39,072 nt of DNA from a virus (Duplodnaviria > Caudoviricetes): positions 1 to 39,072 of IMG/VR virus record IMGVR_UViG_3300048998_000060; one strand, written 5' to 3'. The position numbers and the translations under genes are program-made. The notes under the pieces were generated by a model. The model did not search any database. It was not told the origin of the DNA and worked only from the letters and a program-made list of their open reading frames with translations. Of this stretch, positions 18,708 to 27,418 are shown one piece after another. Within the stretch, counting starts at the first letter, position 1, and each line of letters starts with the position of its first letter.

Positions 18708-21700
18708 GGTGGTCAAGCCCCAGGTTCGGTTTATCTATGTGACCAACCCGTTCCAGCCAGCAGACAACAAGGTAGAAATCAGCCAGGATTACGACAAATC
18801 TCGTAGCCTGGCTGATTGCCTTGGTCCGCTTGAGGGCGACTGGGCCGTATCCGTATCGGGGAAAGTGATCGATAAGGAGAAGTGGCCGGATATCTACCTT
18901 CACGAACGTGACTGCGTAGTCATCTGCCCGATCATCGCAGGCGGTGGTGGAGGTGGTGGCAAGAGCATTCTTCGTCTGGTAGCTCTGGTCGCTTTGACCT
19001 ACTTCACTGCGGGCTATGGTGCTGCCGCTGCTGGCGCTATGGGTGTGACCTCGACTGCTGGTATCGCATTGGTGTCCGCGGGCATCATGATGGCCGGTAC
19101 GATGGCTATCAACGCCTTGCTGCCTGCCGCTACCCCAAAGGTTGCTGCATCGGGTTCGAGCTATGACTCCAGCCCAACCTACGGTATCGATGGTCCGAAG
19201 AACATGAGCACCCGGAGCATCCCGGTGCCAGTCGTTTATGGCGAGACCTGGTTCTCTGGCAACTTCATTGAGTCATACGTCGACAACGTTGGTGACGATC
19301 AGTACCTGAACATCCTGATGAACTGCGGTGAAGGCCCGGTCAGCGGGTTCAGTGACCTTCAGATCAACGACCAGCCGGCGAGCGACTTCACGAACGTTCA
19401 GACCTGGTTCCGCGAGGGTACTCAGACTCAGACGATCATCCCGTACTTCGGTGACATCATCGTCCCGGTCAACCGTAGCGTGGAGATTACTCAGGACACC
19501 TATGTGAATCACAGCGTTACCGACGCCTGTGATCGCTTGCGTGTGGACTTCGTTCTGCCATCCGGTATCAACCAAGTAGACGATGAAGATGGTCTGCTCG
19601 GCTTCACTGTGACCTGGCAGCTTGAGATTCGCGTCGAAGGCGGTACCTGGGGTCCGTTCGTTGAGAACGCGGTCAACTCGAACATCAGTGTGGTCGGCAA
19701 ACAGATGTCCGCCCTCCGTCGCAGCTACTACAGCGCCGTTCTTGACCGCAGCAAACGCTACGAGCTGCGCTGCATCCACACCCAATCTACCGATAACAGC
19801 AGTGTCAGCAACGCTGTGACCCTGACTGACATCAACGAAATCACCTTTGATGACCTGAACTACAAATACACCGCTCTGCTGGGTGTTCGAATCAAACTGA
19901 GCGAACAGCTCAGCGGCATTCCTGGCTTCAAGTACCTGCTCAAAGGTCGTCTGGTCCCCGTTTATGACGTGCTGACTGGTAACTTCAACGAGACCTGGAC
20001 TGACAACCCGGCCTGGATCGCACTCGACGTTCTGATGAACAAGCGATACGGCGGGCAGATCAACGTCAGCCGTATCAAGATGGAATACTTCCGTCAGTGG
20101 GCAACCTTCTGTACTGCGAACAACCTCAAGTTCAACGGGGTAATCGATCAGCGCACGAACCTGTGGGACGCTCTGACCCCAATCACCAAGATCGGTCGTG
20201 GTCAGATCATTCGTGCCGGTACTCGCTTTCAGGTTTCTCTGGTTCGTCAAACCACGCCTGTGCAAATGTTCTCGATGGGCAACATCAAGAAAGGCAGCCT
20301 GTCGATCGACTGGTTGTCCAGCGATGAACGCGCCAACGAATGTCATGTCACCTACTACGACAAGTCTGACAGCGGCAAACAGAAGACTGTGATCGTCCCG
20401 AATCTCGCTGCTCGTGAGCGCGGTGAAGAAGCGATCCCTACTGAGCTGACTCTGTACGGCGTCGACAACGTTACTCAGGCTACCCGTGAAGGTACTCTGG
20501 CGATGAACATGCAGCAGTTGCTGCAAACCATCTCCTTTGATGCACCTATCTCGTCCATCGTCTGTACGCTGGGTGACGTGGTTGCAATTCAACACGACAT
20601 GCCGGACTGGGGTCAGGGCGGTCTGACTGAGAGTGCGGGCAGCACTGCAAACGTACTGGTCGTCGATCACCCTGTAGACATGAGCCTGGGCGGCGACTAC
20701 GTTGTTCGAGTTCGTCACGACAAGGTTCTGCAAGGTACTTGGGAAGTCGACACCATTGTCGGCAACATCGTGATCCCTACCGGCCCGTTCAACGTTCAGA
20801 TGTTCGAGCGGTGGCGTCGTCTTGTCGCACCCGGTACCGGTGCTGACTATCAGATTCAAGAAGCGATCATCGACCAGTTCGGTCGTCATGGTCTTCGTCT
20901 GGATACCACTACCGGTCTGAAAGCGGGCGACACGATTCGCACATACGACACCGATGTCATTGAGACCCGTGCCGTAGCCTCTGTGAGCGCTGATGGTCTG
21001 CGAATCACACCGACATCAGCGTTCAGTGCTATCCCTGCCCCTATGAGCCCCTGGGCGTTCGGTTTGAACGGCAGCGAAGTAAAGATGCTGACCGTGATGG
21101 ACATCAGCGGCAAGTCTGATCTGTGGCGCACTATCAGTGGCCTCGAGTACCTGAATGCTGCATACGATGACACCGTAATCGACTACAAGCCTGATCCGGT
21201 CAACACGAGCCCAACCATCAGCCCTGTGACTTTCTTGGGTTTCATTGAGCGCCGGTACCTCGTGGGTGCTTCGTACACCTCTGACGTCGAGATGACCTGG
21301 AGCAGTGTCGACCTGACCTACAGCTACGCCGACATCTACATCAACATCGACGGTGAAGGCTGGAAGTTGAAAGACGCGAACGCCTCTTTCTACAATCTGG
21401 TCGATGTCGCGAGCGGTACGATTCAGGTTCGTCTTGTTCCGGTCACAATGGAAGGCTTCAAGGGTTCGTTCGATAGCCAGCCGATCTACACCTACACCGT
21501 AGTGGGTGGAGTTCCACGCAACCCTGATCCACCCGTGAACTTCCGTCTGGGCACTGTGACTTCGAGCATCATCGAGCTGGTGTGGGGCGACTTGGATGCC
21601 TGGTCTGCGGCGCAGAACGTTTACGCCTACGAAATCTGGCACGCTGAAGGTCAGAACGCTGTGCTCGAATCGGCACAGATGTTGACCTCGACCAAGAACG

Positions 21701-22617
21701 ATCACTACCCTCACATCGGTTTGACTGCGATGTCGTGGCACACCTACTGGATTCGGACCAGCAACGTCACTGCGAAGAACGCCAAGTCTGGGTTCATCCC
21801 AACTGGTGGTCTGAGTGTGCAGGTGAAAGACAACGATCCGTTCGGTCTGGTAGACCTGACTGACCTGGCTCCGTCTCTGCGCGAAGCGATCAACAGTCCT
21901 CAAGTCATCGCTGACCTGTCGACCATCATCGGCAACGCTGCGACCAAGCTTGAGAAAGCCGACGACGCTCAGAAGCAAGAAGTGTTCAACCGTGAACAGG
22001 CGATCGGTGATGTACAAGCCTCGATCACTGAACAGGTTGGCGTAGTAGTTGATGCGACCTCTGCAATGGCAGCCCGGGTTACTGCTCTCGAAGCGGGTAC
22101 TTCGGCCGGTACTCAAGCCAAGATCGACGAGCTGACTCAAGTCGTGACCGACGCTGACAGCAGCCTGGCTCAGAAGATCACCTTGATGCAGGTCAAGTTC
22201 GCCGATGATCTGTCTGCTGCGATCACTGAAGAAGCCACCGCACGAGCTACTGCTGTGGGCGCACTTGCTCAAACCGTGCAGACCTTGACGACTACAGTGG
22301 GCGAGAACACTACTTCCCTTCAAGAAGTCAAGACTGTGACTGATGGGGTGAAAGCTTCCTACACTCTGCGGATCGACGTGAACGGAATCGTGAGCGGGTT
22401 TGGTCTTGCAACTGGTGAGGGCGGTACCAGCGAGTTCGCAATCATGGCCAGTCGATTCAAGATTTACGGCCCAGGCCCAGCAGGTGAGGTGGTCAAGACC
22501 GCGGTCTTCTCCATCGATGCTGATACCGGTGTTGCGTACCTGCGAAACGCTGTTGTGGGCAACCTTCAGTCTGACAACTACATCTCCGGCGTGTCGGGGT
22601 GGTGCCTAAAAAAGTAG
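18697..22617 (+). CDS. central tail fibre / host-specificity protein (gpJ-like, N-terminal gpI-like fusion), short 1306-aa form
   Basis: GAGGGG RBS before ATG 18697. IPVPVVYGE, GEGPVSG and WTDNPAW motifs, an FN3 domain, a coiled coil and a DUF1983-like end (GIVSGFGL...FAIMASRF...LQSDNY..GVSGW). Confidence 0.92.
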   Translation: MSVEVVKPQVRFIYVTNPFQPADNKVEISQDYDKSRSLADCLGPLEGDWAVSVSGKVIDKEKWPDIYLHERDCVVICPIIAGGGGGGGKSILRLVALVALTYFTAGYGAAAAGAMGVTSTAGIALVSAGIMMAGTMAINALLPAATPKVAASGSSYDSSPTYGIDGPKNMSTRSIPVPVVYGETWFSGNFIESYVDNVGDDQYLNILMNCGEGPVSGFSDLQINDQPASDFTNVQTWFREGTQTQTIIPYFGDIIVPVNRSVEITQDTYVNHSVTDACDRLRVDFVLPSGINQVDDEDGLLGFTVTWQLEIRVEGGTWGPFVENAVNSNISVVGKQMSALRRSYYSAVLDRSKRYELRCIHTQSTDNSSVSNAVTLTDINEITFDDLNYKYTALLGVRIKLSEQLSGIPGFKYLLKGRLVPVYDVLTGNFNETWTDNPAWIALDVLMNKRYGGQINVSRIKMEYFRQWATFCTANNLKFNGVIDQRTNLWDALTPITKIGRGQIIRAGTRFQVSLVRQTTPVQMFSMGNIKKGSLSIDWLSSDERANECHVTYYDKSDSGKQKTVIVPNLAARERGEEAIPTELTLYGVDNVTQATREGTLAMNMQQLLQTISFDAPISSIVCTLGDVVAIQHDMPDWGQGGLTESAGSTANVLVVDHPVDMSLGGDYVVRVRHDKVLQGTWEVDTIVGNIVIPTGPFNVQMFERWRRLVAPGTGADYQIQEAIIDQFGRHGLRLDTTTGLKAGDTIRTYDTDVIETRAVASVSADGLRITPTSAFSAIPAPMSPWAFGLNGSEVKMLTVMDISGKSDLWRTISGLEYLNAAYDDTVIDYKPDPVNTSPTISPVTFLGFIERRYLVGASYTSDVEMTWSSVDLTYSYADIYINIDGEGWKLKDANASFYNLVDVASGTIQVRLVPVTMEGFKGSFDSQPIYTYTVVGGVPRNPDPPVNFRLGTVTSSIIELVWGDLDAWSAAQNVYAYEIWHAEGQNAVLESAQMLTSTKNDHYPHIGLTAMSWHTYWIRTSNVTAKNAKSGFIPTGGLSVQVKDNDPFGLVDLTDLAPSLREAINSPQVIADLSTIIGNAATKLEKADDAQKQEVFNREQAIGDVQASITEQVGVVVDATSAMAARVTALEAGTSAGTQAKIDELTQVVTDADSSLAQKITLMQVKFADDLSAAITEEATARATAVGALAQTVQTLTTTVGENTTSLQEVKTVTDGVKASYTLRIDVNGIVSGFGLATGEGGTSEFAIMASRFKIYGPGPAGEVVKTAVFSIDADTGVAYLRNAVVGNLQSDNYISGVSGWCLKK

Positions 22618-22651
22618 GTTCCATCACCCTGGAATACGACCGGGGTGATGG
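22608..22651 (+). other. programmed -1 ribosomal frameshift signal
   Basis: In-frame A AAA AAG (22608-22614), then TAG, a 6-nt spacer and a 12-bp hairpin CCATCACCCTGG-AATACGA-CCGGGGTGATGG (22621-22651). Confidence 0.8.
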
Positions 22652-23207
22652 TGTGATTGAATCCCAGGCGTTTGATTCCGAGTTCCAGAATGCGATTGTG
22701 ATGGGCGACATCTCAGCAATGGAGGGGACCTTCACAGGTCGCCTCTCTGCTGACTCAATCGATGTGTTGGGCAATCTCCAGCTCGCTGGTGGGTCTGTAG
22801 CTGTCACACAGATCGACCAACGAGCGAGCTTCGGTGTTGCGGATGGTGCAGCTCTGGACTTTCAATACAAGAACGTGGCTCTGACGGTTGTAGAAGTACC
22901 GGAAGGCATGAGCGGGGCCTGGTGTGCGTGCGCAGTGCAGTTCTTCGTACCCGATATCGAGGGGAACCAGTTCAGGGTCAACTGGAGGTTCCTGTTCGAT
23001 GGTACGACCTACTACACCAACGCCATCGCTGGGTTGCCACTTGGTTGGAACATGGTTGAGTTTCTGGTTTACGTTAGCGGTTCAGGGTCTCACACTCTGA
23101 TTTGGCAGGTTCAGTGGGGTCGTTACTGGACCGGCATTGAAGACCCTCCCACTTTCGGGCCGCTGATCCAGAACATCACAATGAGGACGGACATGATCCG
23201 TAAATGA
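22614..23207 (+). CDS. gpJ C-terminal module 1 (-1 frame extension; long form about 1503 aa)
   Basis: ORF in the -1 frame beginning at the slip site. SEFQNAIVMGDISAMEGTFTGRLSA is the repeat that normally follows the GW motif in gpJ. Confidence 0.75.
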   Translation, partial: VGSITLEYDRGDGVIESQAFDSEFQNAIVMGDISAMEGTFTGRLSADSIDVLGNLQLAGGSVAVTQIDQRASFGVADGAALDFQYKNVALTVVEVPEGMSGAWCACAVQFFVPDIEGNQFRVNWRFLFDGTTYYTNAIAGLPLGWNMVEFLVYVSGSGSHTLIWQVQWGRYWTGIEDPPTFGPLIQNITMRTDMIRK

Positions 23208-23208
23208 C

Positions 23209-23682
23209 ATGGTAATGGTCTTCGATCCAACCAAAAACTATGCCGAGTTTGGGAACGCCTTCATTCGAGGGCGTCTCAAAGGTGCAAACGGTGAGGCTCG
23301 CTTCAAGCTCACCGCCAACACTCTGAACGCGGTGAGCACTCTGAACATCAAGGGCGGTGCGGTGACGTACAACTTCGCTCTCAGGTATCAGGGTGTTCAG
23401 TCAACAGCGCCTCTTACTGGGACGTTCGAGGTTGTAGACAACGGGGTTTTCCTCGAATTTATCTGCTATGGTTCCGGCTGCACAGGGGTGATCATCGACG
23501 GCGTTCTTCAGCCGATCATCTCTCAGAAGAAGGTTTCTATGGGATGCATCCCCTGGAACATGGTCTTGCCAATGGCCAAGGGCACGCACACCGTTCAGCT
23601 TGTTCACCCAGGTACATCAGTGAGCAGCGACGGTTACATTTTCGTGAAGTACATCCGGCCGACGGGCTCGGGTAACGCATAG
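23209..23682 (+). CDS. gpJ C-terminal-like module 2 (free-standing)
   Basis: AEFGNAFIRGRLKGANGEARFKLTANTLNAVSTLNIKGGAVT, paralogous to the start of module 1. Confidence 0.75.
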   Translation: MVMVFDPTKNYAEFGNAFIRGRLKGANGEARFKLTANTLNAVSTLNIKGGAVTYNFALRYQGVQSTAPLTGTFEVVDNGVFLEFICYGSGCTGVIIDGVLQPIISQKKVSMGCIPWNMVLPMAKGTHTVQLVHPGTSVSSDGYIFVKYIRPTGSGNA

Positions 23683-23691
23683 GGGTCAGCA

Positions 23692-24492
23692 ATGGCTGGT
23701 GAAGCAGAGTGCCAATTCAACACGAACGTGTGGTTGCGCGGTCGTCTTGTAGGCGTCAACGGTGACTTCTCAGGTACGTTCAGCGCTCTCAACGTAGATG
23801 TGGCCGGCGCCCTGAACATTCGCAACGGTGCTGTTTCGGCCTACACCTCTTATAGCGCCACCGCATATCCCTCTCTACAGAAGGGGATGATGAAAACTCT
23901 GGAGTTCACGGTTCAGCAGCAGCCTTTCAACTCGATCATCGACATCACCATTCCGATGACCTGTGAGGTGTACTACTACCGCTGTGAGTTCCCAGCAAAA
24001 ATCAGGTGGTACCGAAACAACGTGCTGGTCAAAGAGGACGACATCAATGACCTGTACACCCGGGGGCTTGGTGGCAACCAGTACAACCATCGAATCAGCT
24101 TTGCATCGGTGAGGCTGATCGACTTCGATGTGCCAGCAGATGCTGTCGTGACCTATCGCGTGGAGATTATCGACTACTACCTGTACGCTCGTGGCATGGG
24201 TACGATCCCGCTGCCAGGCAACCCAGGTGGTTACTCCGGCTACTACACCTACAACGGCGACGGGTTCACTTCTGACGCTGCGTACTGGAACAACCTGAGA
24301 AACCCCTCGTACCCGGACACTCAGTATTGGTACGGCGAACAAGGTTCAGGTGGTGTAGGTGCCGGTTATGCGATCAACTCGAACCACATCGTTGAAACAT
24401 CGACCAACAAGTTCTCAACTCAGGCGATGATCAAGCCGAACATTCGTCTATACTTCAAGGGCAAAGCTCTGATCGGTATCCGCAAAAGGTGA
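23692..24492 (+). CDS. gpJ C-terminal-like module 3 (free-standing, putative receptor-binding)
   Basis: CQFNTNVWLRGRLVGVNGDFSGTFSALNVDVAGALNIRNGAVS, followed by a Tyr/Gly-rich insertion. GGGG RBS. Confidence 0.75.
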   Translation: MAGEAECQFNTNVWLRGRLVGVNGDFSGTFSALNVDVAGALNIRNGAVSAYTSYSATAYPSLQKGMMKTLEFTVQQQPFNSIIDITIPMTCEVYYYRCEFPAKIRWYRNNVLVKEDDINDLYTRGLGGNQYNHRISFASVRLIDFDVPADAVVTYRVEIIDYYLYARGMGTIPLPGNPGGYSGYYTYNGDGFTSDAAYWNNLRNPSYPDTQYWYGEQGSGGVGAGYAINSNHIVETSTNKFSTQAMIKPNIRLYFKGKALIGIRKR

Positions 24493-24496
24493 AATC

Positions 24497-24925
24497 ATGT
24501 TCAAAGGCACAATCTACAACGTCAACACCGGACTGATCGTCAGCTCTATGGTCTCCAGTACCGAAGAGGCGATCACTCTTCAGCTCACCCTGAACCCTGA
24601 TCATCGGGTTTACATGGGCCAAGAGTTCAACAACGACCTGCATTACTTCGTTGATGGCGTTCCTGTATCGAAGCTGAGAATGCCTTTGACCATCAATGGC
24701 GAGATTTACGACCACAGCGGTGAAGAGCTCCAGTTTCATCCTGGGGACACTGTGAAGATCGAGGGCATCCCAAACGGTGCTCAGGTTATCTACCCGGGTG
24801 GCAGTCTCATCGTAGATGACGGCTTCATCGAGTGGTCTACCGATGAGTCCAACTTCTTCTCCTTCGTAATCGAAGCTCAGCCATACATGAGAGAAATTAT
24901 TTATGCCAATTTTGTCCAAGCATGA
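24497..24925 (+). CDS. tail tip accessory / fibre assembly protein
   Basis: 142 aa, YNVNTGLIVS...HYFVDG...IEGIPNGA...IEAQPY pattern of small tail-associated proteins. AAGGTG RBS. Confidence 0.6.
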   Translation: MFKGTIYNVNTGLIVSSMVSSTEEAITLQLTLNPDHRVYMGQEFNNDLHYFVDGVPVSKLRMPLTINGEIYDHSGEELQFHPGDTVKIEGIPNGAQVIYPGGSLIVDDGFIEWSTDESNFFSFVIEAQPYMREIIYANFVQA

Positions 24926-25283
24926 CCCTCTCAGCACTACGCCAGCTAGTGAAATAGTGATTCGTCAGCGTGGTGGTCAAGAAGAGTCTCTGGTTGATAC
25001 TCAGTACGGCCGGCTTCAGTTCGATCTTGCGAGCGACCGTCGAATGAACTCTGTGCTGATGACGCTTACTCCTGGTGATGCAACAAGCGTCACTGAATGG
25101 AAGCTGTTGGACAACACCACAGTTACTCTGACCTATGAACAGCTCAGAGACCTGATTGAAGAAGCCAAGCTCGCATTTGGATTCCGGTGTCAGTACGTTT
25201 TCCCTATTGTTCAAGAGCTCCTAGAGCTGTCAAGAACAAAGGGTGCCACTATGCGTGACCTCGAATCACGGAAATGGTACTGA
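24903..25283 (+). CDS. DUF4376-like tail fibre chaperone
   Basis: FDLASDRRMN...EWKLLDNTTVTLTYEQL motif. Confidence 0.65.
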   Translation: MPILSKHDPLSTTPASEIVIRQRGGQEESLVDTQYGRLQFDLASDRRMNSVLMTLTPGDATSVTEWKLLDNTTVTLTYEQLRDLIEEAKLAFGFRCQYVFPIVQELLELSRTKGATMRDLESRKWY

Positions 25284-25295
25284 AGTAAAGTCTGG

Positions 25296-25304
25296 TGATA
25301 CACT
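25296..25304 (+). promoter_or_regulatory. possible extended -10 promoter for the appendage genes
   Basis: TG-A-TACACT in the intergenic gap, ahead of the AGGGGGA RBS. Confidence 0.35.
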
Positions 25305-25331
25305 GTCCGCCTATTCAGGGGGACATTCTCG

Positions 25332-27416
25332 ATGACCTGGTACACCACTGGCACCATCACTCTCGTCCAAAACAGCGATACAGCCACGGGTGATGGTACT
25401 CAGTGGCTCGAAAACGTTCGCTATGGCGATATTCTCATGGTGGCTGACAAGCTCTATGAGGTCGTCGAAGCAAAGAACGATGTCCAGCTGACACTGACGA
25501 AGCCGTACACAGGCGCGACCGTAGTTGGTCAGCCATACGCGCTCATTCGAAACATGACCAACGCCAGCAATTACGACCTGATCAAACAGATCGACACGTT
25601 GCTGACCGAGCGCACCGAGAATCTTGACCAGTTCGCTGCATGGATGGCCGGTACCGTAAATGGTGGCCCAGCAAGCGACGGCAGATACCCTCTGACCAAC
25701 CGTGTTGGTTCGACCATTCAGGTCTACTGCCCAGCGAAGATGGCTTCTCTTGCAGGTGCTGATCAGACCGCAGCCATTCAAGCGGTAGCTGCTCAGGTCA
25801 CCACGCTGAATACTCTGCTGTCCGACTATTCAGACATCGAGGCGAAGGTCGAAGCGTTCACAGGGATCACTCTGGAATCCCTGGGCGGTCAAGCATCGAG
25901 TCTCAAGCTGTCTTCCATTGCAGCTCTGACCTTCGATCCGCTGGGCAACGAATTCATGGTGTCGATCAACGACAACTCGTTCGCAAAGTTCCCTATCAGC
26001 GACCGAGCGCTTTCTTTGCTCGCTGCTGAAACCCCTCAGCTGATGCGTACAGTGCTCGGTATCGCGTCCGGGGGTTCAGGTGGTGGGTCAGGGTCGGGTG
26101 GAGAGCCCGGACGTCGCGTAGCTATCATTGGGACCTCCCTGTGCCAGCTGTGCAACTACGGTACCGCGACTGAGCTTTCTCAGACCAATCGTTCCTGGAT
26201 CGGCTGGGCGATGACGCTCACCAATCAGCGCATGATCATGCCAATCTGGCGTGACATGAACCTGTACCCGGGTTGGGAAGCAGGTAGCAACGTCGGTACT
26301 CCTCGTGGGTTCCGCGGACTGAACGCTGGTGTGTCGAGTGACCACTCTGACAACATCTTGAACCGAGCGTCGTATCTGGTAGCCAACGTCGACTGTGACT
26401 TCGTGATCATCGACTCCGGTATCAACGACATCGGTAACAACAGCCTGACCAGCGACGACATCGCTCTGATGCGGGAACAGACTGCTGACTATCTGCTGGC
26501 CAACGGCAAAACTGTGATCCTGCTGCCTCTGCTCAGCCCTGCTGCCGCTTACTACCCGATCGGCAGTGTCCAGCGCCGCAAGATGCAGCGTGTGAACAAC
26601 CGTGCCCGCCAGTTCTGTCAGACCCGGACCAACCTGTACTTCTTCGATTGGACGGAGTACATGATGAACTTCAACGACCCCAACGGTCAGCCGAAGCCTC
26701 TGCACTCTGTAGACGGCCTTCACTTCGCCCCTCGTGGTGCGTTCGCTGTCGGTAAAGGGCTCGCTGACCTGTTCACTACCCTGCTGCCGAAAGCAGAGCG
26801 TCGTGTGTGGTCTCCTGAAGACCTGTACGACGGCACTCTCGATCCGTATGGCAACCTGATGCAGAACCCGTTCTGCTACGGTTCGAGCGGTACTCTTGAC
26901 GCAGGTGCTACGGGCTTCTGTGCAAACGGTATGCGTATCGGTATCAACAGCGGTGACGGCAGCGTTGTAGGGAGCATGGTTGCTCGTGCAGATGGTCGTG
27001 GTCAGTGGCAGCAGCTTGTAGTCACACCCGGTACCGCAGAAACTCAAGCTCTGTTCCGCGTAAGCGATATCGTCAACACTCTGCCGGCCGGCACCTGGGT
27101 TCAAGCAAGCGCAGAAGTAGAGTGCGATGCCTGGGATGGTTGGAAGGGTATCAACATTCAGGTACGCGACCTTGCTGTTGGTGGGATTACTTGTCACGCC
27201 ATGAAGGTCTATGATGGCTTCCCAAATACAGCAGAGACTTGGGCCGGCACTGTAGTAGGTCCAGCATTTCAGATCGTAGGCGATGGTTCACTGCTTCGCT
27301 GGCGCGTTGAAGCAACCTCTATGGCTGCTGCGACGGGCAAAGGTACTGTCAGAATTGGTGCCGTTGAGTTTCGCCCGGTCCAAGACCCTAAAATCATTGT
27401 GAACGCGGTGGTATAA
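25332..27416 (+). CDS. side tail fibre/spike 1 with SGNH/GDSL esterase and C-terminal carbohydrate-binding-like domain
   Basis: N-terminal MTWYTTGTITL tail anchor. SGNH blocks IIGTSL, NAGVSSD, DSGIND and DGLHF, then a beta-sandwich C-terminus. Confidence 0.8.
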   Translation: MTWYTTGTITLVQNSDTATGDGTQWLENVRYGDILMVADKLYEVVEAKNDVQLTLTKPYTGATVVGQPYALIRNMTNASNYDLIKQIDTLLTERTENLDQFAAWMAGTVNGGPASDGRYPLTNRVGSTIQVYCPAKMASLAGADQTAAIQAVAAQVTTLNTLLSDYSDIEAKVEAFTGITLESLGGQASSLKLSSIAALTFDPLGNEFMVSINDNSFAKFPISDRALSLLAAETPQLMRTVLGIASGGSGGGSGSGGEPGRRVAIIGTSLCQLCNYGTATELSQTNRSWIGWAMTLTNQRMIMPIWRDMNLYPGWEAGSNVGTPRGFRGLNAGVSSDHSDNILNRASYLVANVDCDFVIIDSGINDIGNNSLTSDDIALMREQTADYLLANGKTVILLPLLSPAAAYYPIGSVQRRKMQRVNNRARQFCQTRTNLYFFDWTEYMMNFNDPNGQPKPLHSVDGLHFAPRGAFAVGKGLADLFTTLLPKAERRVWSPEDLYDGTLDPYGNLMQNPFCYGSSGTLDAGATGFCANGMRIGINSGDGSVVGSMVARADGRGQWQQLVVTPGTAETQALFRVSDIVNTLPAGTWVQASAEVECDAWDGWKGINIQVRDLAVGGITCHAMKVYDGFPNTAETWAGTVVGPAFQIVGDGSLLRWRVEATSMAAATGKGTVRIGAVEFRPVQDPKIIVNAVV

Positions 27417-27418
27417 GC

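Noticed and set aside
22608-22617. gpJ as a pseudogene broken by a homopolymer indel
   Set aside because: The canonical heptamer phase plus an optimally spaced strong hairpin argue for programmed recoding. Not fully excluded without reads.
22599-24492. Shufflon, invertible cassette or DGR explanation for the three gpJ C-terminal modules
   Set aside because: All modules are on the same strand, share only about 7 nt (CCGAGTT), and no recombinase, reverse transcriptase or TR/VR pair is seen in the window.
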